Notes under the pieces: generated by a model
Databases searched by the model: none
Told to the model about the DNA's origin: nothing
What the model saw: the letters and a program-made list of their open reading frames with translations, nothing else
From: Elusimicrobiota bacterium
Lineage (GTDB): Bacteria > Elusimicrobiota > Elusimicrobia > UBA1565 > UBA9628
Assembly (NCBI GenBank): GCA_016182905.1
Contig: JACPFR010000005.1
Coordinates: forward strand, 12,185 to 76,184
DNA length: 64,000 nucleotides
Direction: 5' to 3'
Shown: positions 27,340 through 36,304 of the stretch, in pieces
How the letters are laid out: the number at the start of each line of letters is the position of its first letter
Numbering within the stretch: position 1 is the stretch's first letter
Program-made: the position numbers and the translations under genes

Positions 27340-29484
27340 TTAGAAGTCCAACTGCGCCGATAACCTGTACGTCCGCGGCGCGCCGAGATGGAGGTAGCCG
27401 TCCCCGAAGTACTCTCCGACGTCTTTCCAATAGACCGCGTCGAGGACGTTTTCCACTCGGAAGCGCCAGGTGACGCGGCTCGGGCCGACGGCCAGGGCGT
27501 AGCGGGCGCCCAGATCGAACCGATTGTAAGCGGGAACCGACAGTGAGTTGTCGCGCGAGGCGTATTTCTCCGAGACGCGCGCCCAGGTGCCGTTGAGGGA
27601 AGCGCCGGGAAGACGGGAGATGCTCCACTCGAGCGTCGCTTGACCGCGCAGCCAGGGGACGTTGAGCGGGGCCCTGCCGTCGAAGGCTGACACGCCCGTG
27701 CCGCTCTGCCGGGCGTGGATCAACGTCGCGCCGGCGAATACGCGGAGGTCGTCGGTGACGCGTCCGGCGGCCGAAAACTCCAGGCCGCTGTGCTTGACGG
27801 TCCCCCGTTGGACGAAGACGTTGCCGGGATCGACGAACTCGTAAGGCTTCCAGATGTGGAACGCCGCCGCCGCGACCAGAAGCCGCTTGGACATGTCGCG
27901 CTTGACGCCCAGCTCGACCTGACGGGTGACCTTGGGATCCAGGGTCCGGCCGGCGTTGGCGGTCGTGACGCCCGCGGTGCCGCCGAGCTCGAGGCCTTGG
28001 CTGTAGGAGGCATAGCCCATCAGGTCGGATCGCGGCATGAAGGCAAGCGCGACCTGCGGCGAAAGAAACGATCGCCGATAACGCGAGACGGGAGCTCCGT
28101 CCACCTTGCTGAAGCGGTCGTCGACGAGGATGCCGGCACGCAGCCCGGCATGGACCTTCCACCGGGAAGAAAGGGAGATCGAATCCCGGGCGAAGGCGGC
28201 GGACTCGGCGTAGTCCTGGACCCGGTGGACGACGCCCGTCCCCCGCGCCGAGGGCGCGAAGACCAGCGGGCTCGGGCTGTAGATGTTGTCGGTGCCGACG
28301 TAGTCGTAGACCTCGGCGCCCAGATTCACCGCGCGCTCGAAGCGCGAGAGGCCGACCGCGGCCTCGTGCCGCACGGACCCCCATTCGCGGTCGCCGCTCA
28401 AGACCGCCTGGGCGTGGGTCGCGGCGCGGACCTCACCCGAGCTGCGATAGTCGTAGAGGTCGTAATCGCCGTTGCCGCAGAATGTGGCGAGGTAGACGGG
28501 ACCGCTTGAGCAGCCGTAGGGGAAGGCGGCCTTGTCCTCGGAGGCGACGCGGTTTCGGTTGACCGCCGCCTCGAAGCGCCAGTCCGTGTCGGCTCCATAG
28601 GCGAAGCGCGCGCCCATATTATGGGCCTCGACGGCGACCGGCCCGCTCCAGGGCTGATTGTTGAGCATCTTCTCCGGCCGGACGCCGGGCGGCAGAGCGG
28701 TCCCGCCCAGCGGCTGGTAGCCGGGGACGGACAACTGGCTTTTCTTCTGCCAATCCGCGTCGATTCCAAAAACCGCGTTTTCGCTTAGTCGCCAGTCCAG
28801 CGCCGCGCTCAAAAAGTCGCGATGTCCGACCGCTTCCTTGACGTAAGGATGAAACTCCTCACGCGCCGCGTTGACGCGCCAGCCGAAGCGGCCGAAGCGG
28901 CCTCCCAGGTCCGCATGGCCGTAGCGGGTTCCGCGGTCACTCATTTCCAAGGTGACGCGGCGCAGGGGCGCTTCCGTCGGCTGCTTGGTGATGTAATTCA
29001 CCACTCCGCCCGGGGCCGCCAGTCCCGCCTCGAAGCCGGCGACGCCCTTCAATATCTCGATCCGCTCCTTGTTCTCCAGGGGCATGCTCGACTCGTTGGC
29101 GATCGTCAGGCCGTCGCGCTTGTAGCCGCTGGCGTTATCGAGGGCGAAGCCGCGTATCGAGAGGCTCTCGTAATAGCCGAGGGGAGCGTAGTTCTCGCCC
29201 ACGGAAGCATCGTTTCCGATCAGGCCCAGGACGCCGCGCGCGCCCTGGTCGTCGATGAGCCCTCGCGGGAAGATGGTCGCCGAAGCGGGCGTCTCGAGGA
29301 GCGACCGTCCAGTGAGGCCGAGCCGGGTGAGCGTGGAGCCGTAGTCGTTGGGCTCGCGCGGCGCGGTGATGACGATCGGAGCGAGCGGTCCCGAGGCGGG
29401 CTGCGCCGCTAAGGCCAGCGACGCGGTGTTCAGGACATGGGAGAGACAAAGACAGAGGACGTATGATTTGGCGGTTTTTGACAT
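27340..29484 (-). CDS. TonB-dependent receptor, probably thiamine-related
   Basis: Plug motifs SIRGF, ERIEILKG...PGGVVNYITK; C-terminal ENV.D...GAPRT...F; TPP riboswitch upstream. Confidence 0.9.
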   Translation of the reverse strand: MSKTAKSYVLCLCLSHVLNTASLALAAQPASGPLAPIVITAPREPNDYGSTLTRLGLTGRSLLETPASATIFPRGLIDDQGARGVLGLIGNDASVGENYAPLGYYESLSIRGFALDNASGYKRDGLTIANESSMPLENKERIEILKGVAGFEAGLAAPGGVVNYITKQPTEAPLRRVTLEMSDRGTRYGHADLGGRFGRFGWRVNAAREEFHPYVKEAVGHRDFLSAALDWRLSENAVFGIDADWQKKSQLSVPGYQPLGGTALPPGVRPEKMLNNQPWSGPVAVEAHNMGARFAYGADTDWRFEAAVNRNRVASEDKAAFPYGCSSGPVYLATFCGNGDYDLYDYRSSGEVRAATHAQAVLSGDREWGSVRHEAAVGLSRFERAVNLGAEVYDYVGTDNIYSPSPLVFAPSARGTGVVHRVQDYAESAAFARDSISLSSRWKVHAGLRAGILVDDRFSKVDGAPVSRYRRSFLSPQVALAFMPRSDLMGYASYSQGLELGGTAGVTTANAGRTLDPKVTRQVELGVKRDMSKRLLVAAAAFHIWKPYEFVDPGNVFVQRGTVKHSGLEFSAAGRVTDDLRVFAGATLIHARQSGTGVSAFDGRAPLNVPWLRGQATLEWSISRLPGASLNGTWARVSEKYASRDNSLSVPAYNRFDLGARYALAVGPSRVTWRFRVENVLDAVYWKDVGEYFGDGYLHLGAPRTYRLSAQLDF

Positions 29485-29538
29485 CGTTCGCTCCTTTGGC
29501 CGGCGGCCAGGGGAACGAATAATGTGTCAGAGCGCTCT

Positions 29539-29622
29539 GTGCTTCCCTTCGCTGGCATTACCCAGATCAGGTTCAGAGGGTTTCTCTCACCCAAAGCTCG
29601 AAAGCTTTAGGACCCCTAGCAT
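29539..29622 (-). ncRNA. TPP riboswitch
   Basis: Minus strand CTAGGGGTCC...GGGTGAGAGAAAACCCTCTGAACCTGATCTGGGTAATGCCAGCGAAGGGAAGC matches the THI-box consensus. Confidence 0.93.
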
Positions 29623-29672
29623 GGGAAAGTTTAGGTAATAGGCGGGGAGGTGTCCATGGGAATGTCCCGGGA

Positions 29673-29699
29673 TGTAACGATTTCCAGACCGAGCGGACT
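29673..29699 (+). promoter_or_regulatory. ECF-type promoter motif copy 4 (TGTAAC-N15-CGGACT)
   Basis: 31 nt upstream of the DUF1348 ATG. Confidence 0.78.
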
Positions 29700-29730
29700 C
29701 ATCGTTGACGCGATGAAGAAGGAGAACGCC

Positions 29731-30210
29731 ATGACAGAGCCGCAGAACGGACGCCCGCCGTTTCCGCCCTTCACCCGGGAAACCGCGGCGAGGAAGGTGC
29801 GCATGGCGGAGGACGGCTGGAACATGCGCGACCCGGAGCGAGTGTCGCTCGCTTACGCCGAGGACAGCGTCTGGCGCAACCGCGCCGAGTTCCTATCGGG
29901 GCGTAAGGAGATCGTGCAGTTCCTCCGGCGCAAGTGGTCCAAGGAGCTGGACTACCGCCTGATCAAGGAACTATGGACGTTCGACGGCGCGCGAATCGCG
30001 GTGCGCTTCGCCTACGAGTGGCACGACGGCGCGGGCGGCTGGTTCCGGTCCTACGGCAACGAGAACTGGGAATTCGACGCGGCGGGGCTGATGCGCCTGC
30101 GCCTCGCCAGCATCAACGACCTTCCGATCCCGGAGTCCGCGCGCAAGTACCGCTGGCCGCTCGGCCGGCGGCCGGACGATCACCCGGGGCTTTCGGAGCT
30201 CGGTCTCTGA
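29731..30210 (+). CDS. DUF1348 (SnoaL/NTF2-like) protein
   Basis: [40 protein letters not shown] motifs; AAGGAG RBS. Confidence 0.92.
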   Translation: MTEPQNGRPPFPPFTRETAARKVRMAEDGWNMRDPERVSLAYAEDSVWRNRAEFLSGRKEIVQFLRRKWSKELDYRLIKELWTFDGARIAVRFAYEWHDGAGGWFRSYGNENWEFDAAGLMRLRLASINDLPIPESARKYRWPLGRRPDDHPGLSELGL

Positions 30211-30770
30211 CGGGACTGTCGTATCAGCGAGCCGGCCGCTTTCTTCGCGGCCGAGGCGGAGCGGACGTCCCCGGTCATTGCCGCCCTGACGATGGCCCCG
30301 TCCGCCAGCAATAGGAGCTGGTCGGCCAACAGGCCGGGATCCCGGACTTTCGCCTCGTCCGATAATGCCCGCAGATAATCACGGAATCCCGTTTTGAACG
30401 CAGAGGCTGCCTTCGCCGCCGGGTTCGAGCGGTTCGAGATCTCCGCCGACGTGTTGATGAAGGGGCAGCCTCTGAACGTCGGCGTGCGGAACCACTCGCC
30501 CAAAGCGTCGAACACGGCCAGCAGCCGCGCACGCGGCTGAACCGAAGCTCCTTCCACGCGTTCCTTCAGCCAGGCCGACCACTCGCGGTTTATTCGTCCG
30601 AGAAACGCGACGACGAGGATCTCTTTCGATGGAAAGTGACGGTATAGGCTGGTCTTCGTCACCTCGGCCTCCGCGACGATCCGGTCCACGCCGACGCTGT
30701 TGACGCCGTGAGCGTAGAAAAGACGGGTGGCGGCGGCCAGGATTCTCTCCCGCGCTCCTCGTCCGTTCAT
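30180..30770 (-). CDS. TetR-family regulator
   Basis: [23 protein letters not shown]; FRGCPFIN. Confidence 0.92.
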   Translation of the reverse strand: MNGRGARERILAAATRLFYAHGVNSVGVDRIVAEAEVTKTSLYRHFPSKEILVVAFLGRINREWSAWLKERVEGASVQPRARLLAVFDALGEWFRTPTFRGCPFINTSAEISNRSNPAAKAASAFKTGFRDYLRALSDEAKVRDPGLLADQLLLLADGAIVRAAMTGDVRSASAAKKAAGSLIRQSRQRPSSESPG

Positions 30771-31417
30771 GTCCCTTCCGCCGGCCGGCGCAGCATGCCG
30801 GCGAATTTTTCACGCCACGGCGATGGCAGAGACTTCGCCGTCAACGCGCGCCTCAAGGTCTCGGCCGACGGCGTCTCCGACAGCATGAGCCGGAGGACTT
30901 CCGGCACGGGCAGGCGCGCCGGATCACGACTTATCGGCGCGACCTCGTCGCCGACGCTCAAGACACCCTCCTCGAGCACGCGGAAGTAGACGCCCCATCT
31001 CTCGCTGTCCAGGAACCGCTCGATGATCGAGTCGTCCTCGAACTTCATGCCGAGCTTATAGCACGGAAAGCGCGGCTGAACTGCCTCCAAGACCGCGCCG
31101 CCGATCCGGAAGCGGTCTCCGACGCACACCTCCTCCTCCGGGAAACCCTCGATCGTGAGATTCTCGCCGAAGGCCCCGAAGGGGAGGGTACGTCCGAGCT
31201 CCTTGCGCCACCACTCGTAGTGAGCGGCCGAATACGCGTAGACCGCCTTATACTCTCCGCCGTGGACGCGCAGGTCCGACTGCTTGTCTCCCTCGAGGTT
31301 CATGCGCCCGACCCGCACGGGTCCCTCGACGGGCTCTTTGAATATGCCCGTCTCGATCTCCCGCCCTTTCCAGCGGACCGTCCGGCCGAGCGAAACGTTG
31401 ACGGAGACGAGTTTCAT
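30767..31417 (-). CDS. MOSC-domain protein (YiiM-like)
   Basis: GD.Q.D.RVHGG, FGENL, QPR.PCYKL. Confidence 0.92.
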   Translation of the reverse strand: MKLVSVNVSLGRTVRWKGREIETGIFKEPVEGPVRVGRMNLEGDKQSDLRVHGGEYKAVYAYSAAHYEWWRKELGRTLPFGAFGENLTIEGFPEEEVCVGDRFRIGGAVLEAVQPRFPCYKLGMKFEDDSIIERFLDSERWGVYFRVLEEGVLSVGDEVAPISRDPARLPVPEVLRLMLSETPSAETLRRALTAKSLPSPWREKFAGMLRRPAEGT

Positions 31418-31423
31418 GCCGTG

Positions 31424-31603
31424 TTAGCCCTCTTTGATGGCCGCTTTGAGCTTCTTGAGAATCTCGGGCGTGACCTCCTTGATCCCGTGGTCGGGCCCGG
31501 CATGGGCCGCGACCTTCTGCAGCAACTCCTGCTCGCTGTCCGCCTCCGCGGTGAACGAGCAGCCCGGAACCACGTCGGCGCAGCTGATCTTCTTCTTGCT
31601 CAT
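31424..31603 (-). CDS. DUF1059 small metal-binding protein
   Basis: CADVVPGC.F...E.ELL..V..HA...H. Confidence 0.88.
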   Translation of the reverse strand: MSKKKISCADVVPGCSFTAEADSEQELLQKVAAHAGPDHGIKEVTPEILKKLKAAIKEG

Positions 31604-31648
31604 AACTCCTCCTGTCGCTTCTCTCGGGAGCATCGCCCCCGAGAGTAT

Positions 31649-31666
31649 GTGTACAGGTCTGTCTAT
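31649..31666. promoter_or_regulatory. Candidate TetR operator for the DUF1059-MOSC-tetR operon
   Basis: Imperfect dyad with core ACAG-GT-CTGT in the divergent intergenic region. Confidence 0.5.
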
Positions 31667-31723
31667 ATGTTACACCCGATCGATGGAAATAAAAAGCCCT
31701 CAACGCTGAATGGCCTTCATCAG

Positions 31724-31750
31724 TGTAACGAACTCGAGATCGCGCGGACT
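31724..31750 (+). promoter_or_regulatory. ECF-type promoter motif copy 5 (TGTAAC-N15-CGGACT)
   Basis: 10 nt upstream of ATG 31761. Confidence 0.78.
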
Positions 31751-31760
31751 CATAGGAGCC

Positions 31761-32153
31761 ATGAACGAAATGACGCGGGACCTCATGACTCAGATGAACG
31801 CGCTGCCGCTTTGGGTCCGTCTTTGGACGGCCTGGATGATGGCCGTGTTCTTCTCGTCCGCGTTTTTCTTCCGCCGGGAAGCGGAGGCTCGCGTCACGTT
31901 GGGGGCGTTTCTCCTTACTATGGGCGTCGCGATGGCGCTCTTCCAGGCGACGGGCACCGTGAAGATGATCGCCGCGGCGCACCTGCTCGTCTGGACGCCG
32001 CTGTTGGTTTATCTTGTCAGGGCGAGGTTGAATCGCGCGTCCGCCGGGGCCGGGAGTCCGTTGGCGGCCTGGCTCGGTCTGCTGATCGGCACGATCGGAA
32101 TCTCGCTCATGTTCGACGTGAGAGAAGTCGTCCTTTTTATGGGTGGGTCTTGA
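31761..32153 (+). CDS. Four-TM membrane protein of unknown function
   Basis: AGGAG RBS; LPLWV..W, HLLVWTPLL, SLMFD pattern. Confidence 0.75.
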   Translation: MNEMTRDLMTQMNALPLWVRLWTAWMMAVFFSSAFFFRREAEARVTLGAFLLTMGVAMALFQATGTVKMIAAAHLLVWTPLLVYLVRARLNRASAGAGSPLAAWLGLLIGTIGISLMFDVREVVLFMGGS

Positions 32154-32165
32154 ATAATCGTTCCA
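32150..32165. promoter_or_regulatory. Candidate TetR operator (TTGAATAATCGTTCCA)
   Basis: Degenerate copy of the dyad at 32793-32808; upstream of tetR. Confidence 0.55.
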
Positions 32166-32194
32166 GACCGGATATCCTCAAACAACGACGCCAT

Positions 32195-32776
32195 ATGCCC
32201 TGGGAAAAAAAATTCGATCGAGCCAAAGTCCTCGACAAGGCCATGCAGGCCTTTTGGAGCCGGGGCTATGAGGCGACTTCCATGCAGACGCTCGTGGAGC
32301 GGACGGGGATCAACCGCGGAAGCCTTTACGCCACCTACGGCGACAAGCGCGCGCTGTTCCTGGCTTCGCTTCATATGTACGACGACCGGATACGGCGCAA
32401 ACGCCTGGCCGCCCTCGAGTCATCCGCGCCGCCGCGGGAAGCCGTGCGGAGGCTTCTCCAGACCTTCGCGGAAGTCAAGTCCGCCGGCGAGGAGAATTGC
32501 GGCTGCTTCCTGACCAACACGGCGTTGGAACTCGCCGCGCACGACCCGGAGGCCGGGGCGATCGTCGCCAAGGCGCAGAAGGAGATCGAGGAATTCTTCG
32601 AGCGGATGATCCTCAAGGGACAGACTGAGGGGGACATCCCGGCCGGCGTGAACCCGAAGAAGACCGCTCGCGGTCTTCTCGCCGCTTTGATCGGGCTCGC
32701 GGTGCTGTCTCGCAGTCGTCCGGAGCGGGAACTGCTCAATGGCATCGTGGAGGAGGCCGTCGGGAGGCTCGGTTGA
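32195..32776 (+). CDS. TetR-family regulator (ComR/NemR-like)
   Basis: FWSRGYEATSM, GINRGSLYATYGDK, GCFLTN; true start 32195. Confidence 0.92.
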   Translation: MPWEKKFDRAKVLDKAMQAFWSRGYEATSMQTLVERTGINRGSLYATYGDKRALFLASLHMYDDRIRRKRLAALESSAPPREAVRRLLQTFAEVKSAGEENCGCFLTNTALELAAHDPEAGAIVAKAQKEIEEFFERMILKGQTEGDIPAGVNPKKTARGLLAALIGLAVLSRSRPERELLNGIVEEAVGRLG

Positions 32777-32792
32777 TTTTTTTTGATTTGTG

Positions 32793-32808
32793 TGGAACGA
32801 ATGTTCCA
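32793..32808. promoter_or_regulatory. Candidate TetR operator (TGGAAC-N4-GTTCCA)
   Basis: Perfect 6-bp dyad upstream of the CMD gene. Confidence 0.65.
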
Positions 32809-32852
32809 GACAAAAGATCCGCACGACAGTCGTTGAGACATGGAAAAATAGA

Positions 32853-33416
32853 ATGGAATACAAAACATACGCCGTCGAAGACGCGCCCGCGGGGTACAAG
32901 GAACTTCTGGTCGCCGCGAAGAAGAAGTACGGCTTCGTGCCGAACCTGCTCGGCAAGATGGCCGAGGCGCCGCCGCTGTTGAAGGCCTACATGACGCTCT
33001 CGGGGATATACGAGGAGTCCACCCTCGACGCGTCCGAGCGCCAGGTCGTGCTCCTGGCCGCGAGCCGGGTGAACGGGTGCGAGTACTGCGTCGCCGCGCA
33101 CACGGTGATCGCCTCGATGCAGAAGGTGCCGTCCGACGTCGTGGCCTCGGTCCGCACGGGCGGTCCCGTCGGCGACGGGCGGCACGAAGCCCTGCGCGCG
33201 TTCGCCGAGGCGGTCACGGAGTCGCGGGGCTGGCCGAGCGAGGAGCGGACGAAGGCGTTTCTCGCGGCGGGCTACGAGCGGCGCCAGGTCCTGGAGGTCG
33301 TCCTCGGCGTGGGCCTCAAGACGCTGTCGAACTACACCAACCACATCGCCGGAACGGGTTTGGACGCCGCCTTCAGCCAAGCGGCCTGGTCCAAGGAGGG
33401 CGCGGCATGCCATTAG
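32853..33416 (+). CDS. CMD / alkylhydroperoxidase-family protein
   Basis: GFVPNL, NGCEYCVAAH, KTLSNYTNH. Confidence 0.9.
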   Translation: MEYKTYAVEDAPAGYKELLVAAKKKYGFVPNLLGKMAEAPPLLKAYMTLSGIYEESTLDASERQVVLLAASRVNGCEYCVAAHTVIASMQKVPSDVVASVRTGGPVGDGRHEALRAFAEAVTESRGWPSEERTKAFLAAGYERRQVLEVVLGVGLKTLSNYTNHIAGTGLDAAFSQAAWSKEGAACH

Positions 33417-33622
33417 TCCAAATCAAGGGCGTCGGGGGCTACCTGACGCTGGCGCAGAAGCAGGAGATGATCCGCAAGGTGACGGACGCGGTGCTCTCGG
33501 TCGAGGGAGAGGGGCTGCGTCAGGTGACCTGGGTGACCATCGAGGATGTTCAGCCGGGCGCGTGGGGCGTCGGGGGCCAGCCGGTGACCGACGACGACCT
33601 TCGAACCATGGCCAGGGGCTAG
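33407..33622 (+). CDS. 4-oxalocrotonate tautomerase family protein
   Basis: Pro-1 (MPLVQIK), QKQEMIRKVTDA, WGVGG. Confidence 0.9.
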   Translation: MPLVQIKGVGGYLTLAQKQEMIRKVTDAVLSVEGEGLRQVTWVTIEDVQPGAWGVGGQPVTDDDLRTMARG

Positions 33623-33722
33623 GCGACCGCGGGAAGGGGCGGCGTCCGCGCCGATGGGCGCCGCCCCGCGGGCCGGATGTCGGGATCGAGCGACTTTGGA
33701 AAAGGAATGGTAGAATCCGCGC

Positions 33723-34307
33723 ATGGCAACGACACCGGGCCGATCGAGCGTTGAGGACCTCCGCGCTCGCAAGCCGGAGGCGCTGACGGCCATGGTGAAT
33801 GAGAATCTCCCGACTTTGCTCGCCGGGGCGCTCGCCATCGGGTTGTCGCGCGCCGACGCGGAAGAGGTCGTCCAGGAGACTTTCGTCGCCTTCCTTTCGG
33901 GCCTGGATCGTTTCGAGGGGCGCTCGAGCCTGCGCACCTACCTGTTCGGCATCCTCTACCACAAAGCGTCCAACCTGCGCGCCAAGGCGCGGCGCGAGGA
34001 GGGGAGCGACGACATCGAGGCCGTCGTCGCCGCGCGTTTTGATGAGGCCGGAATGTGGTCTCGTCCGCCGCGCGGCCCGGAGGCCGCGGCGCTCGACGCC
34101 GAGACCCGGAGCTGGGTCGAGAAGTGCGCGGAGGGCCTCCCGGACGCGCAGCGGGCGGCCTTTTTCCTCAAAGAGGTCGAGGGCGAGACCTCGGAATCGG
34201 TCTGTAACGTTTTGGGCGTGAACCCGACCAACTTGCGAGTGATGCTCCATCGAGCCCGTCTGAAGCTGCGGGAATGCCTGGAGCGGAATTGGGAACAAGG
34301 CCGATGA
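33723..34307 (+). CDS. ECF sigma-70 factor
   Basis: DAEEVVQETF, FEGRSSLRTYLFGIL, NLRVMLHRARLKLRECLE. Confidence 0.93.
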   Translation: MATTPGRSSVEDLRARKPEALTAMVNENLPTLLAGALAIGLSRADAEEVVQETFVAFLSGLDRFEGRSSLRTYLFGILYHKASNLRAKARREEGSDDIEAVVAARFDEAGMWSRPPRGPEAAALDAETRSWVEKCAEGLPDAQRAAFFLKEVEGETSESVCNVLGVNPTNLRVMLHRARLKLRECLERNWEQGR

Positions 34308-34564
34308 TGAAGCTCATGATGGCGTTCATGCCGAACTGCCGCGAGGTCGCCAAGACCTTATGCGGCGACGGCTTGGCGGCCGAGCCCTGGCATCGACGGC
34401 TGCTGATCCGCGTCCACCTGTCTCAGTGCGAGTTCTGCGCCCGCTTCGCCCGTCAGATGGATCGCATCTGCGAGGCTTTGAAGGAGGCTTGGTCCGAGCC
34501 TCAGGGCGGGGACGTCGAGGCGTTCAAGCGCCGCGTCATCGACCAACTGGGCCGCCGGCTGTAA
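34304..34564 (+). CDS. zf-HC2 (ZAS) soluble anti-sigma factor
   Basis: CREV...HLSQCEFC (HxxxCxxC); ATGA-coupled to the sigma gene. Confidence 0.88.
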   Translation: MMKLMMAFMPNCREVAKTLCGDGLAAEPWHRRLLIRVHLSQCEFCARFARQMDRICEALKEAWSEPQGGDVEAFKRRVIDQLGRRL

Positions 34565-34586
34565 CGATCCCGCGTCCGGCGGGACT
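34560..34586 (+). promoter_or_regulatory. ECF-type promoter motif copy 6 (TGTAAC-N15-GGGACT)
   Basis: Overlaps the anti-sigma stop; 7 nt upstream of GTG 34594. Confidence 0.75.
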
Positions 34587-34593
34587 CACCTCT

Positions 34594-35532
34594 GTGGATA
34601 TCCGCTTCGCCGTGACGGCCGCGCTTTCGATGGCAGCCGTGTCCTGGGCCGAGCATGCGCCGCTCGACCCCTTCGCGGCTTTCCTGCCGCGCGGCGTCCG
34701 GGTCTCGGTGCCGCGCGAGGAGATCCGCGGCGGCGGCCCGCCAGTCGATGGGATCCCGGCGCTGGTCCGGCCGCGGAAGGCCTCCGTCGAGGAGTCCGAC
34801 CGCGCTCTTAAGGCCGACGACGCCGTGCTCGGCCTGGTCGTGAACGACGAGGCCGTCGCCTACCCGATCCGCCTGCTCGACTGGCACGAGCTGGTCGACG
34901 ACGAGGTGGGCGGCGTCCCGGTCGCCGTGACCTACTGCCCGCTCTGCCGCAGCGGCATCGTCTTCGACCGCCGGGTCGCGGGAGGCGTCCTGGAGTTCGG
35001 CGTGTCGGGCCTCCTCTACAACAGCGATCTCGTGATGTACGACCGGGGAACGCGCAGCCTCTGGTCTCAGATCATGGCCGAGGCGATCGCCGGCGGATCG
35101 ACGGGGACCAAGCTCGCGCGCCTGCCCGCGCGCCGGACGAGTTGGGCTCGCTGGAAGGCGGCGCGTCCGGACACTCGGACGGTCCTCTTCGACACGGGGC
35201 ACGCGCGGGACTACGGCAAGGATCCCTACGCGGGCTACGAAAAATCTCCGGAGCTCTATTTCCCCGTCGGTCACGAGGACTCCCGGCTTCCTCGAAAGAC
35301 GGTCGTCTTCGGCGTCTCCCTGCCCGAAGGGGCGGCGGCCGCGCCCGTCTCCGCGCTCGGCGGCGAGGGCGTGCGCCTCCGGATCGGGAAACGGCTGATC
35401 GTCATGCGCGACGACGGCGGGGCGCGCGCCTTCGACGAGGAGGGACGGGAGATCGCGGGCCTCGAGGCCTACTGGTTCGCGTGGGCCGCCTTTCATCCCC
35501 GGACTTCGCTGGCCGGCGCGGAGAAGCGGTGA
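34594..35532 (+). CDS. DUF3179 family exported protein (copy 2)
   Basis: GGPPVDGIPAL, AYP..L.WHE.V.D, TYCPLC, FGVSG.LYNS, YWFAWAAFHP. Confidence 0.9.
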   Translation: MDIRFAVTAALSMAAVSWAEHAPLDPFAAFLPRGVRVSVPREEIRGGGPPVDGIPALVRPRKASVEESDRALKADDAVLGLVVNDEAVAYPIRLLDWHELVDDEVGGVPVAVTYCPLCRSGIVFDRRVAGGVLEFGVSGLLYNSDLVMYDRGTRSLWSQIMAEAIAGGSTGTKLARLPARRTSWARWKAARPDTRTVLFDTGHARDYGKDPYAGYEKSPELYFPVGHEDSRLPRKTVVFGVSLPEGAAAAPVSALGGEGVRLRIGKRLIVMRDDGGARAFDEEGREIAGLEAYWFAWAAFHPRTSLAGAEKR

Positions 35533-35762
35533 ACGGGGAGCTCCGCGAGGCGGCGGCCTATGCGGCGCGTCCCGCCGTCCTGCGACGGAGCGCGGCGATC
35601 GCGCTTTTCGTGGGCGTCGTCTTGTCGGCGGCGAACCAGGGCGACGTCGTGCTGCGCGGGCCGTGGACGGCGCGATTGTGCGCTAAAATCGCGTTCAATC
35701 TTCTCGTGCCCTTTGTCGTCTCATCCGCGAGCGCCGCGGCCAACAGGGAAAGACGCCGTTGA
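35529..35762 (+). CDS. NrtS-like small membrane protein
   Basis: ALFVG..L...NQGD...K...LVPFVVSS; GTGA-coupled. Confidence 0.7.
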   Translation: MNGELREAAAYAARPAVLRRSAAIALFVGVVLSAANQGDVVLRGPWTARLCAKIAFNLLVPFVVSSASAAANRERRR

Positions 35763-36262
35763 AGATCCCGAACCTGCTCTGGAAGCTCCTCTGGCCCTTG
35801 CGGACGAGGCTCCATCCAGGCGCGGACATCGGCGGATGCTTTCCCGACTTCACCTTGCGCGACACTTTCGGGCGGGAGCATTCGCTCTACGCCGGCGGGA
35901 GGGAGAAGCACACGGTGCTGTGGCTCACGAACTTGTGCGGGGACTGCCGGGCGAAGATTCCCCTTCTGGAGGAAGTCAGGTCCGAGTCAGGCGGCCGTGT
36001 CCGCGTCCTGGCCGTCAGCCTCCTGGATCTCGACGACCCTTTGCCCATGACGGTATCGCTGGTCTGCGGTTTCCCGATACTTCTGGACCCCGACGACGTC
36101 GTCGCGCGCCGGCTCGGCCAAACGCATCCGCCGGGGGCCTGTCCCTTGCGCAATATCTACATCGTCGACGGAGCCGGAACCATCCGCTTCAAGCACCACT
36201 TGTCGGCGGTAAAGCCGGAGGAATTCCGCGCCGTTTGGAGAAAGTTGGGCGCGGCCCCGTAA
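35759..36262 (+). CDS. Redoxin (AhpC/TSA-like) protein
   Basis: PDFTL, CGDC, FPILLDPD, YIVDGAG.IR; TTG start coupled to the upstream stop. Confidence 0.82.
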   Translation: MKIPNLLWKLLWPLRTRLHPGADIGGCFPDFTLRDTFGREHSLYAGGREKHTVLWLTNLCGDCRAKIPLLEEVRSESGGRVRVLAVSLLDLDDPLPMTVSLVCGFPILLDPDDVVARRLGQTHPPGACPLRNIYIVDGAGTIRFKHHLSAVKPEEFRAVWRKLGAAP

Positions 36263-36284
36263 CAAAGCCGGCGCGAGACGGACT
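36258..36284 (+). promoter_or_regulatory. ECF-type promoter motif copy 7 (CGTAAC-N15-CGGACT)
   Basis: 20 nt upstream of the DUF547 ATG. Confidence 0.75.
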
Positions 36285-36304
36285 TACTATCAGGAGCATA
36301 TGAC

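Noticed and set aside
31220-32194. Long N-terminal extensions in the ORF track (31220 TetR, 14176 DUF692, 15432 TIGR04282, 5784 AhpD, 33077 tautomerase)
   Set aside because: They overlap real neighbouring genes; downstream starts with an RBS or stop/start coupling match the family N-termini.
34203-34230. Additional TGTAAC/TGTAAT hits (34203 in the sigma gene, 4609-4632, 9654, 31669)
   Set aside because: No CGGACT-like element at 15 nt (two or more mismatches), so they are not counted in the regulon.
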